Below are positions 48,658-61,553 of a stretch of 64,000 nt of DNA, piece after piece. Source of the DNA: Phoronis australis (Eukaryota > Animalia > Phoronida); contig NMRA01000175.1 in assembly GCA_002633005.1 (NCBI GenBank), forward strand, positions 209,432-273,431. Direction: 5' to 3'. Each line of letters begins with the position of its first letter. Position 1 is the first letter of the stretch. Made by a program: the position numbers and the translations under genes. The notes under the pieces are model-generated. The model ran no database searches. It saw nothing but the letters and a program-made list of their open reading frames with translations, and was not told where the DNA came from.

Positions 48658-50849
48658 ATATATATCTTTACTTCATATTCTTTAAAAATTCAAATACGCA
48701 ATCATTTGCCAGTATTTGTAAGACACGCAAGCAAATTTCGCATGCGCATGAAATCTGGGCGTTGCTTTCAGTATAGGTACGCTACTCAATAATTGAAGTA
48801 TCGTTTATTTTTGCATGTAAAAGTATAAAAATTACACCTGAGTCCGAGATTTTAGATACTTTCGGAGTAGTGAACCTTCGGAGTAGCGAACCTTGGGAAG
48901 AGTGAACCTTCCAAATAGTGAACCTTCCAAATAGTGAACCTCCCGAAAAGTGGGATCCTGTTTTCAGCAATGTAAGCAACTTAAGTAACACGCAAAACTA
49001 CAAGCAGATAAAAATTTCGTCAAGTCATTCTTCTGCTAAATATTTCAGTCCAAGTATGTAATGAGGTGTAATCACTCACATAAGCACGCCTGATTTGAAA
49101 GTTTGGCAGGACTCAGTAGGGGTAACGCGAGAACGTTCTCTGTCTGGACCACATTACATCCGAATTTGAGCCCCGTTCTTTGCGAGCAACCCTTACTTCA
49201 GGTATTACGAATTCCGTCTCATCTCAGAAACATAGAGCTGAGAGTCATCGTTGCGTATACAGATTGACCCCGCCCCCTTAATTAAGCTGCCTCAAGGGCC
49301 TTACTGAAAACTCTACAATGTCGACGTTTGGAAAATATCGAAGGTCCACCGTTCTAGAATTCGAACCACCCCCACGAAATGCTGGCTACGAGCCTGGAAT
49401 GATGATATCAATGTCGGATTTAGGATGTCGCGAGGATGCCAACCAGGGCCATCCAGGTACTTGCCTGAGAGCCTCACAAGGTTTCCATGCCGGGCTTTAA
49501 AAAGGATGTCACAAATTCGCTATGTGCAAGTATACGAATACGTCATGAAGTGCCTTCTTGTGAGTTCACAAAGCATGGTCTACAGCAGCATAGTGATTTC
49601 CACACGAAACAAGCAAAATAGGAACATAATATGAAGCGCTAAAGGGTCCTTAAACGAGTACCTTTCTGCACGATGAAATGTGCTCAATCAACGTGTAGTT
49701 TTGCTTAACCAACCCGTACTTTTGCTTAAACAACGCACAGTTTTACTTATAACGTGCTGAATTTGTTATTCGTTATGTCCAGTCAAAGATAAGTTTACAT
49801 TCAGTACGTAAAGGCGCCATCATTTACGTGGTCACTTGATAAGAGTTTGCAACATTCTTGGGCAAATTCGGAATATCATATCTCAAAATGAGTGATTGAA
49901 TTCTTTTGAAACTTTCAAATACTATGCTTTATGCTAGTAATTGTTTCTAAATGTTCCACTGTTGTACCGAGGGCTATCAAAATGATTGGACTTTGAGATT
50001 TTCATGAGAAAATCAAAACTATATGAAACGAAAACCAAAATTATAACATAGAAAACTGTAACGATGTTTTTGAAAATTCATTTTCAAGATTTATACTAAG
50101 CAAAATTTGGTTAATATATTTTTGATGACGTTGTTGTGCTATCGACTTACCTTCTTTTTACTAAATTTTGACAAAAAAACTCATGGTCACGGGAGCCAAT
50201 TTCGTGAACATGCAAAAATCAAACTTTAATAACCTTTCTACTTTCAAAAGGTATGTACTTTTACTGAGTAAAATCTATAGTTTTGTACATATTTTGGTAA
50301 GTACACAGACTTTTCGATAAGACCTTACGTAACCACTGTTTGTGAAGGGAGCATTCGAAGTGAATGTTTATTAGCATGAATTATGAGTTCTGAAAATTTA
50401 TGATGTAATGATATACAAACGGATTTCATTAAATTCATTGGCCATGAAATTTGAATAATAACGGTCATTATTTGCATGAGTTATGCAAATTCTTCATGTA
50501 ATAGCCTGCAGCTGCAAACTGATTTCGTTAAATTAATTGACGTTTATAGAAACATGGATGTTAACCGACTCCATATAATTTACCTGTGGTACTTGGTACC
50601 CCAGTTATATAACCACAAGCATGTTTTTTTTAGTAATGGCGACCTTAATTTGCATAATTAATGCAAATTCGCGATTCATACATCTGCAAATGGTTATAGT
50701 CAATTCACTAACCTTAGAAACATAGGTAACAATATTAAAATAACCTCATGTCTTGGTAAGTAAGCTATAATCGAATAAAGAATTTTGCATAACGATGACG
50801 TTAATTTTTTGCAATAAAACTATTCAGTTTAATTAGAAAAAAGAAAGAA

Positions 50850-53360
50850 ATACCGATAGCAGCGTGAAATATTTGAATGTACAAATTAACATGCTATTTG
50901 ACTTGACCCAAAACCACTATACACCCGTTTTTGAAGATATTTGTAACAATATTAAAAGGAATTACGCGACCTACGTGAAGCTATCATGAAATGAACAATG
51001 ATTAGAAATCAAACACGATGGATTGAACACGGTTAGAAGCCATCGAAATATTTTCTAGTTCGTGAAAATATTATCAGAATAATTTTGACTAGAACAGAGA
51101 AACAATTACATATCAAACTAAATTAGAAGTAAGCAATTTTAACAAGTTGTAGCACAGAAGTAGAGACGGTAAGTTATCTGATAATAATTAGAATATTTTA
51201 GTCAGCGATTATAATGCTGTTAAAAATAAGTACTGCAGACAACTCCTCGGTGGATGGGCCAGTTTCTTTGATGACAGAAGTCAGAAGTAAAACAGTTGAA
51301 AACAATAAAGTGCCAAGCACAGATGGCTTCTCAGCTGAATTTCATATTTTTTCTGAAAAGATCTGTCAATATTTTTCTACGTTCATATAATAACAGCTTT
51401 GTGAATGTTTTTTTGCCAGTAAGTCAAAATCAAGATGTGATTTCTTGTCTCCCAATGGACAATAAACCAAGACAGCATCTTAAAAATGGTACCTTATTTC
51501 TTTACTATGACTAGTTATAAAATTCTAACTGGCTGTCACGCCCTAAGACTGAAGTTCGTAATTAGGTCAATTGTTTATGGATTTATTAAAGTGAGACATA
51601 TACATGTAGGCAAGAACAGGAGTATTTATGACCTGTAGACAGTGGAAATTGATCTTCTCGGCCTTCTTGCACTAGTTGACTTCGAGAAGGCATTTGGTTC
51701 TCTTTCGTGTACGTTCTTGTACAAGATACCTAGAAGAGTACCAAATCCGGTTTTGGCTTATGAACAAATATTGAAAACGAAGTTTCCATCCACCTCCCTG
51801 AAACAAAATGATGCTCTGTAACCCTCGAAAATCCTCAAATGTTTGGATATTTGAAAACTGTTTCAAAGTCTACTGAACGGGCAAGCATGGCCTACGCTTT
51901 TACCGAATTACACGACAACTGTGGGGAAATACCACCCACTAAGAACCATAATATCCAATTTTTGACGTAGAGAGTACAAGTCTTCAGATGATTCGCGATT
52001 GTTTATATTGCAAGGTTGACAACAATGATGTATCAGCACCTGGCAGAACGAGAATTGTGCGAAATTATCATGACAGGGTTTAGTACCCTATAAATTTTTA
52101 GCTGCACTGAAAATTTTATTGACTAGTGTAAAATCCTGAGAGAAGACCCACAGATTTACAGTGGGAAAAGAGATGCTTCCCCGTTTGCAGAGAATTTTAG
52201 AGAAGACAGCTTCCTGAGTGTACCTAAAAGGAAACACTAGAAATCCGACCGAAGAAAAAAGGTGTGTTATGAAAGCAGCATCAACGAGTATCTGCCTGCA
52301 TGGCAAATAACGTCACCACCCACGAACTGAACAGTTCCAACAGACAGGTCAAGAGTAAGAAGGGACCCAGCAAAGACGGCATGAGGAATGAGATGATCAA
52401 CATCTTGGTAGACGCTTCTGAACATTTACAACTAGTCTTGGAGCACGAGGCTCTCCCCAGTCAGCTGGAAGGAAGCCACAGATCACTCCAATCATGAAGC
52501 AGGGAAAGGACGGGCACAGAAAGAGCAGATATCAGACTCTCAAGCTGCCAAAGCAAACTGATGGAACACGTGGTCAAGAAACGTCTGTAGCGTCACCTGG
52601 AAAAGAACAGGCTAATCAACCCACCAAGTCAAGCCTCAGCAAGAACAGAAGCACAAAGGATCAGATAACACTGCCCACCTAAGAAATAGAGTATGACATC
52701 GAATCCCGACGAAAATGAATACTCTGGCCGTCTTTGTAGAACTGAGCAAAGCCTTGTCTGTATGGTCTGATCCTCAATTTCCTTCATAAATAAGTATTCG
52801 GCAAAATGTACGCGTGCTCTAAAGATTAGCACGAGTAAAGCAGGAAGGACAGGCAAGCACAGTGGTGAGGTTTAGGGAAGGAGAACCCCGGGACATCGTA
52901 CTGAAGCCCATGCTATTGTCTTGAACGATAACATTGCTGACCACCTGTTCATGAGCATCTCAAGGACTGACCATATTCAAGCTACGACCTGACCACTGTC
53001 AGCTGCTTTCTGACCTGTATCGCTTGAAAATTTCCCGCACAGATGAGTGCACATCCTGCAGAACTGTCACACATTCGACACCCTATGGCGTCAGACATGG
53101 CCCAATCCGATAGAGTTCCAGGCAAAACTGTGGGGTCCGGCAGTGTCATTTCGACGGAAGGCAGGCTTTGCCTAGAAGATCAGACTGAGCATTAAAACTG
53201 CATGGCCAGGAACGCAGACGAAGAAGAAGAAGTTGGTATTGGTGGTTGGAAATAGATCTCGTGAAATTATGCAATATGCGGACGACAGAGTCTTAACTCT
53301 TGATGGTTCCAATGACAGAAACCCTTAAGGTGCTTTTAAGCACTTTAAGGGCTGGTTTGA
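50850..53360 (+). mobile_element. Degenerate L1/Tx1-like LINE RT fragment, interrupted by a second LINE remnant (~51880-53232) with a (GAA)n tail
   Basis: DGFSAEF.IFF, SQNQDVISCLP..KPRQHLKN and LVDFEKAF before the interruption, QYADD after it (53272-53286). The inserted piece has KGPSKDGMRNEMI and ends in gaagaagaagaag. Confidence 0.65.
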
Positions 53361-53768
53361 AAAACCACTATTTAACTTGTTTTGACAAGTGACTAAATTG
53401 TCAGCAACCTTAAACCTTCCTACATAGCACTGCATGTCACAACCGTGAATTCAACATACCAAAAATTGGTGGGGTTGTTATTTTTGGTGTTTTGATACGA
53501 AATTGGTGATTTTAAGCACTTTAATCTCTTAGATGATTTTTTTTCAGGTGTAAAACCCAATATGCAAACAACGGAGTACATTTAGATAGTGATCACGGTA
53601 TGAAGCGATATTAAATTATTCCCGGATAGAAATCTGACTTGAAGGAAAAACTCTTCACTACCTAGTATTGAACTGCCTGAGATTATGAAAACAATGTGAA
53701 GTTTTATGCGGTCTCAATTTATGGCCCGAAAGAGCTTTTACTCCACCGAACAAAGCAACAGTAATCAA

Positions 53769-55389
53769 AGGAGAATGACACCCAAAAAACAACCTATTTT
53801 GTATCAATTTAGATCGAGTATTTCTACTCGATAACGGCGAGTTCGGTTGCGTTACCTGAAACCTGACGGCTGACGGAGGTGTTGAAATTATCCAATGACG
53901 TAGTCTGTTCAGCAGTTAACAACACGGGTTACTGGTGTCAGGTTATCGCTTGAATTCATCGTTTAACACCAATAAACAATCAAACTTCGATGTAAAACCC
54001 ATAAAAATACACCGAGTTCTTATAAAAACGTGTTGTTTTAATTCGCTGTTACGAATCTATTGGTATTTGTACACACCGTAGCCTACAAAGTTCGGCAGAC
54101 CAATTTAACAAGGTCCATAGCAGGAGTTTGGGGTCTGTTCGGAGATAAATTCGCAGTATTCTTTCGTGAAATACAGACAGGAGAACCTAGAGCTGTGTTG
54201 TTTAGACTTATATTTTTTTGAGCTCTAAACACACAAAACTCTTGTTATCTCCGGGCCCACCAGTGGCTCGGAACCCGACCAGGCCCGTCGCGGCCACCGG
54301 GACTGTCACCAACATAAACCAGCTTGAGTTGGAAACTAAACTATAATAGTGGGCCAAAGAAATAATGGGAAACCACGAAACTGAAAATCTACTTACTTGT
54401 CGGGGGCCGCGAATTCGGGTACCCTTCCACAGACCATCAGGGCAAAGGTTGTACAGTAACAATGATTTGAATAATGTATTTGTATTTCTAAATAAAGATT
54501 CCCCTAACATGTGACCACAGACATAAAATCGAGTAATTGGTTCACAACAGCTTTCTGTTTCACAACAGCTTCCTGTTAGCAAACAATGAATTAGCATGCG
54601 CTCACACGGCCTCGGTGCCCGGTCAATTACCTTTATTGCCGGTGTTCCTCGCACAGCGGCACCAAAAGCCGGCCGCAGTGGTTTATTCATTACTGGCTTC
54701 TCAACATTTGCACTCACGAATACTGCAAAGGCATTACAAATTGTGTCGTATGAGCCGTTAGGATGAGAATAATTCATTTTGAAACAGAACGCAGAATAAT
54801 AAACGTCTACATGGCAACTCGCCCGGTGCCAATCCCGACTTAGTCAAGAGCTCATTCGACGAAGAATCGGATCGTTAGGTTTCACAGGCTATCAATTCGA
54901 ACATGAATACACTGATCAAGAAATACTAGAGAGGCGCCGTGAACATGCACAGGCAACGGAACGTATGGATAGTTCGTTGGTAAGCCGGAATTCGTCAGAG
55001 AAATCACTGTCGACGAAATGCCGGCCAAACAGACACGGAGATCATTTGTTTCACGGCCTCATACTTGCTATTAACAGCGTACCTTTCATTCTTCACTACC
55101 GCGAGCCACTTCCTAAGCATTTCGGGCTCTCGGGGGAGGTCGAAAAAACGATATACCGGCTTTCTTCGCAGCTTCATAGTTCGGACAAGCGGGAACGTTG
55201 CACCGCGATATAGCGGCATTCACTCTGCAGACGAACCACTGACGACGCTGCGTCGTTTCTCACCTTCCTCACAGGTTAACGCGACACCTCTTAGTCTCAG
55301 CAAGGTGAGGTCGACCGTATAAGAGGCGATGTGTATATAGACCGATTAAGACGGTAAAAAAGACTAATTAAATCGGGTGGCATTCTGCT
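53769..55389 (-). mobile_element. Kolobok-like non-autonomous DNA transposon carrying a THAP pseudo-ORF (~54990-55219)
   Basis: TIRs AGGAGAATGACACCC and AGCAGAATGCCACCC (revcomp), flanked by TCAA and TTAA. Frameshifted THAP: CNVPACPNY..GISFF.LPREPEMLRKWL..RVC.RHFVDSDF. Confidence 0.75.
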
Positions 55390-55699
55390 TTAAGATACTT
55401 ATTCTCCCTAAAACATACGGAAGTACAAGAGTTACCCGTCAGTTCCTATGAAATAAGTGAAAAGCTTTAGAGCGAATGACCCATGTATTATTCATTTGAG
55501 AAATATTAAACGTCGCACGTACGATAAGCGCTCTATAAGTTCCTTCGTGGCCGTTTTTCACTTATTCTGTCCTAATTTTCCAACATTTACAAAAAGAACT
55601 CACTGCCAATTACACACACGCACACACATACACACAAACGCGCGCACGAACACACACACGCACACGTACAAACNCTTCCTACTGAGAAAATTGTTTTCA

Positions 55700-56950
55700 C
55701 CATCACTTTTCTAAAAATATAGATTTAATATTTTTCTAGCACTATGTTTTTCACTTAAATGGTATTGTTCGCTGGTCTTGATAAAGGCGCTACAAGACAA
55801 TCTTTTCGAAACAAACTTCTAATCCTAAATTAACTATTTCTTAAATGTTTCTAGTTTCTCACATGAGCCCTGAAGATAATAGTGTTGTGGATAGAGTGCC
55901 GACACAAGAGAGGTTCATTTTGTTTAAAATGTAATTATTTACCCTTGTCCAAAACAAGTTCACTGTTTCACAGTCTGAATATAATTGCTTCAAAGTCTCT
56001 TTAGATTGTCCACAAAATGAGCGAAAGTCGTCGTTTGTACATGTACCTTGAATTCTGTGTCAAAATTCTCTTCAACAGCTTAAACTTGAACCAACTGAGT
56101 CCAGAAGGATCTCTTGTCGCGTTGCATGTAACGCATCCCCCCAAGAAATATTATCTTTGCCTACATTAAATTCTTTATGCCATATTGACTCCGCCTTTGA
56201 GACTTCAGAAGAGTAATTAAGTTGGACACAAATATGTCGAAACCCCTCCCCACCACTTCTCAATTTCATCAAAAATTTGGCATCACAGGAAAACAAGCAT
56301 CAAAGTTTACGTCTCTAACAATACCCCACTTCTGTAGGTAGTTAACAACTGCTGAAGCAAGTCTATTATGCCCCATAAAGTTTGTTACGATACCTTAAAC
56401 AACACTGATATATCTATAACTAGAAATATTGCCCTTTGAATAAAAGAAGTCCTTAATAATTACTCTGACTTCATGGTGTAACGTAACAGTCTTGTAGCCC
56501 ATATTTTGTTTATAGTTAATAAAGGATATCCGGGTATAAGCAATTCCCGGGGATAGTCTGTTTCAGTTCAAAAACGTTTCGCTTTTTCTACCCACATGTA
56601 TCGACCAATATCACGTAAAAGATCAATCGGGTAACAACCCAACACTCCATGAAACCAATTCTTGTAAACAATAATTTATCCAGGTCTCCAGGTCACTGCT
56701 CAACCATAAAGGTCTGTTAATAAAATCAGTAGGATTCATGATTTTTAAGCAAGCTCTAAAGAAGGTTACACTTTCAAAAAATGGATCCAAAAGTGATTTT
56801 TAATATCGTACAATTTTGTCTTAATAAAGTGAACACCATACTTTGCGAAATTTTTTATTTCAGGAAAAAATATATGGAACAAGTGGAAGGACTTAGAGTG
56901 GCTAAGATGAAGTAATATCCCACGAGACATTATTCCGCGTATCGACCGAG
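55700..56950 (-). mobile_element. Highly decayed LINE (L1/Tx1-like) 3' fragment
   Basis: AT-rich decayed coding texture with fragments such as NHFWIHFL and a C..C...ETVNLF-like zinc-knuckle remnant. Weak evidence. Confidence 0.35.
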
Positions 56951-57850
56951 ACCGAAGGTATGTTTTGTATTTATCCCATACGCTTCGCATTCGTAAGCTT
57001 CTTTTATATTTTGGCAGATTTTTAAATACTTCACCCTGACTGTTCGCGTGGCGGATCACAGCCTATATATGTACTTGCGCGTTAGGTGACAAGTCTTCTC
57101 TAGTAACTTTTAATGTAACGAATGATTACTTGAACAGAGATAACAAAGAAAAAAATCACGGTAATTGCGCATTGAACTTGTAACATTTCCTGAAAATAGT
57201 TAAAGAACAACAACATTTGATGTAGCAGTTAACGAAGAATCGGTGCCTGAGTTGCAGACGACGGAGATTTTATGAAACATTGAGGAGCCTAGGTTATCGT
57301 AATAAACAAAATATCTCCGTTAATCAGTGCATACTGTACTTTCCAAGGGCATTTAGTGATGCATTTGTGGACTTTTCTCCAGAAATGATAAAGGGAGTTT
57401 TCCAAAAATATTACGGGCAAAAATACTCATGTGCCTATTCAGTACAACTCCAACACTGTGGTTGATAGTTGACGCGTATTGTGTAAGCGTTGGCATTGAT
57501 CATGTTGGTGTATTCATAATCTTCTCGACAGTTCCTTGTTATAGTTTTCATAAGAACAAATGAGTTTTGTCGAGCTTCCATTCGCTTCTGGGGAGTGAGA
57601 AGAGCTGTCACTTCGTCATCTTGCTCAACTACTGAAGTGTCGCATAGTTATGTAAAGTTGAGTTCAATCTGATATGAAGGGAGGCATTCGTCCTCCAAAA
57701 ACCGTTAAAGCAAAGAGAGGACACAATCTGCTACGACAGAGTGACATGCTTGGCGATTTTCATTTCACCAAGTAAAAATAAGACGCTCAAAATCTCCTCA
57801 TGATAAACTAAACTTAAATAAGCCGTGTGCACGTGAGAGGAAATACTTAC

Positions 57851-59092
57851 CACTAAACCACCTCCAATTTCAGGGTGCGTAGAAACTAAAGGAGGTGTAG
57901 GGCTCATAACTGCTACTGTACAAACGTATATACAGAGTGTCGCGTATGTGCCGAATATCAAAGACAACGTCCGTATAGACTGGGTGGGGAATAGGGCACA
58001 GGCAATACTTCCAAGAGGCGAGACGGCAGAAGAAAGTCGCCGAGATAGGCCAAATATTGAGTTACCATACGGTAAGGTTGCATACGTCATCATCGGTTGA
58101 GAGGCACCATAAAACATTCCTCCAATCAAACATGCATACACAGTCACTATAACGGCATTCCCTCTGCAGTCATTGGAGGGACTCCTTTCTGGAGCTGAGA
58201 TTGCCAATGTTTGTTCAAAAGTCTTATGTTTCAACTCCGGGTTACGATTATCAGACTCTGCTAGCTGTTGAGCAACTCCTTCGCCTTTGCTTGAATCCGC
58301 ATCATCTCGGGTTATGAGCCGTATGGTTTCTGTGACGTAACTCGTCGGTCGTAGACGAAGTAAAACTACGTGACCGAGAAGTAACGCACAGCAGCATAAA
58401 GACATGCTCATCACGATGCCAAAATAGGTCTCCACTGTAAACAATGGTGGTATAAACACAGCTTCTTCTTGTTGTTCGTCAGTGAAATTGAAGCGAATAT
58501 TCCGGTCTTTCTTGTTTCCATTCGTAAAAAACTGTGTTGCATTCTGAGTTTTATTGACACAGTCAAATTCGCCGGCACCTTGCAAAAACGTGATGAATCC
58601 ATAGACGGTGCCACTGCAACTCATTCCAACGTAGAAGGCAGGCATACACCTTGGAGGAAACGTGCCAACATATGGCAGACCGAACAGAAAGTCCATTGTT
58701 CCCGCGGAAACCATTAACATTGAGATCATTTGAAACGCCACGCTGTACTTTCTACCGAACACCGTTGACGCACTATCCCAGGAAGTCACCATCAAGGCTA
58801 AGAGAATGACCTTGAGAATACCCAAACTTAATAGCAGCTCCGGTTTGTGTCTGTGGAGAACGTCACTAACAGCCGTAAACTTCATCAGTATCAGTACGAT
58901 CACTGACGTCAGCGCGGCAGCAACTGCGTAGCCGAAGCCGAAAACAACGGGCAGGTCCCAATATTCGGGTAGTCTCTGGACGAGTATCGGCAACTCGGTT
59001 ACAATACTGTCGTAGGGTAGTGCATAATGATAACCGATGGTAAAACTGACCAAGATCTGACAAAGAGTTGCCCTTTTCTCTGGGCTAGACAT
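57851..59092 (-). CDS. SLC52 (riboflavin transporter)-family protein B, large first coding exon (414 aa)
   Basis: Paralog of 40344-41639 with the same motifs (TELPILVQRLPEYWDLP, FLQGAGEFDCVN, YATLPYG, MSPTPPLV). Phase-0 donor GTG|GTAAGT at 57850, at the equivalent codon. Confidence 0.88.
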
Positions 59093-61170
59093 AATTAAAG
59101 GCAGCGTTCATAGGCCTACGCGAATGTTCTTAAGAAACCAGAATGCCGGGACCGATATGAATCAACTTACCTATCAACTGCTTAAGAAGCCTTACAAAAG
59201 TGTCGCACATCACTTGTTTCATGTCTATTGTGATGTACAATAAATCCCGCGACCTGTGGTACGAGTGCATTCGACCTAAGCCTAACTGCAACGCCCCTGA
59301 TTAAAATGAAGCACGTGAAAAGGAAGATGACTTCTAGGATGTGTGTGCAACTTCAGTTTATTAATGTACCTCTCCCTATCGTGTTCATTGCCAGAACAGC
59401 TCTATGGATGCTTCAAATTTACGTATATGAGATCAGCGTACTTTTGAGCTAGTTGGGATGAAACTACCGGAGTAGACGAACACTTGACCGCCGACTCATC
59501 ATGGATAAAAACACAGCGAACTGTTGGCGAGCGGTGCAACAACAGTAACTGACTGTGGACATAGGAGTAGAGGCAGTTCTAAAGCATATCCTTGACTGAG
59601 AGGTCAAACGTAAATACAATTTCGTGGAATTAAAATCTGTATTTCTAGAAACAGACGCTACACAAACAAGACAAAACAACAAAAATAACACGTCGAAGTC
59701 ATGTGAACGCCATCATAGCCTTCTGAGTTTTGAATAGAGGCTTGACGAGCCTGGTACAAAGCTTTTACAAGAATACCATTAGCGCGTTCTCCCGTACAGG
59801 GACTTTACCAGACGTAGAGCGGCTGTGAGCGTTTGATAACGTCTTGCTCTTTCATGGGCGGCGCAGCACTGAACAAAGTGGGGTGCGCCTCCCATGTCCT
59901 TTGTTAACTGCACTGTCTTCAGGGTATGACAACATGCAGGCCAGCTATCTACCAGGCTCGTTACAAACCACATGTGAACACAGCCAAATCCAGTGCGTTA
60001 GTGCGTCCGGACAGAATAGATTTTCTTAACTTCGGTTATACTAGGGCGACTTTAGTAATTCAAAAACTAAACATGATCAGCATTTGACGATGAATTCAGA
60101 AATGTTTTTGGTTTGTGTTCAAACGATCTATAACTTAACTTTTATTTTTAACTGCACAGCCCAGTCAGACTATAGGGTCTTATCGGAGATAAGAGCAATA
60201 ACAAAGAGAGCTGACACTCCAACCACAAATGACAGAATGGAATTAATCAGCCGTGTGAGATATTTCCTACAGTGGTCATCCACCCAACTTGTTGTTGTTG
60301 TGCTACACAACTGATTAAGTTGGGCTCAACGGGAGAACGCTGTAATGAGCAGGGTCCTAGAGTTTCAAAGTCACTAAATATACCTTACTTGACAAAACTA
60401 ATTATGGAATAAAGCACGAGTGATTATGAAGTCAAATCAGAGGAGATTCTTGCTCTTGGAGAGAACTGACAGTTCATGATTGCTTGACATCAGGTTCTAT
60501 TAAAAGTTGGCTTATCATCAGGGATCACTTGATGTTCGGACCAGAATCTCAAGCAGTAAACATCTGCCAGTTCTTTCCAACCTCAGTATCCACTCTTTGT
60601 CAAGAGTAACAGACACGCTGACATTCAGTCTTACATGAGTGAGTGGTCTAAATAAAAACCAATTCTTTGACTGAACGTGGGGTTTAAATAAGTTAAAATA
60701 AAATAAAATAAAATTTTAATCCTAGGACTCCTGCATCAATGGCTCCATCTAGTGTCGGGCTTCGAAACAACTCTAATCCCTAACCTGCAAACTTCAGTTG
60801 CACCCCTTAGTAGGTGCATCTACTTCGTTACCTATCCCAATGTCAAAATTTTCAACCACATGAAGTAAAGTCTGGCTTGGTAACAAAAATGTAGATAAAA
60901 GCAGCCTAGTGATCTTATTCAAATCCTAGGGCCGATTGTACAGCATTTTGTGTCCTTAAAGACACAGTACATTCTGTCAAAAAGCAATTTCTGATTTAGA
61001 TCACTTACCATTAGACAATCAATCTCAACTTGTTCCTTACACAGATTAGAAATATCTTCTAGACTTGTGAAGAACTGACAGGTCATTCAGATGAGGCCCA
61101 TAATGTTGCCAATCACCATGGGCTAGTTCATGCCACTGTGAGGCAGTATGGCCGTCATAGTCCAACATTC

Positions 61171-61459
61171 CAGAGATCTGTTTCAGGAGACTGACTTAAC
61201 ATTTAAGTCAGAAATTTGGTCTTACGCTCCACACTACTATTTCTGAAAAGTAATTAAATCTCACTGCGCAGAAGTGCAAAGTATCTGAGAATATAAACAC
61301 AACTGCTAGTTTCCGAAATAATTTCTATTAATTATTTCCATGCCAGACTGTGATGCGCTCATAATTGCTTGGCTTAATTTTTCCACAATTGTGAAATGCC
61401 AGTGTAAGACCAAATTTCTGTCTTAAGTCTTAAGTCAGTTTTTATGAGACAGACCCCTG
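61171..61459. mobile_element. MITE of the same family as 25544-25807
   Basis: TIRs cagagatctgtttc..actgacttaa and ttaagtcagtt..gagacagacccctg, plus the shared interior. Confidence 0.75.
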
Positions 61460-61553
61460 GTGATTTATTGTAATCAATTTCAATTCAACATAATGGCTTG
61501 AACCTTTGAGAAATATTTGATATGTCAGCAGTATTTCCACATATCCTTTCACA

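Larger units (their letters stand above)
47260..48945. repeat. Inverted arrays of 16-17-bp repeats (aaggttcactactccg at 47265-47330; agtgaaccttccaaat at 48860-48945), probably ends of an old non-autonomous DNA transposon with nested insertions
   Basis: The two short tandem arrays are reverse complements of each other and enclose the SINE and the hairpin MITE. Confidence 0.55.

Noticed and set aside
54208-54777. 189-aa ORF with a duplicated SCCET motif
   Set aside because: It lies inside the Kolobok-like element, the motif comes from a short tandem duplication, and no domain is recognisable.
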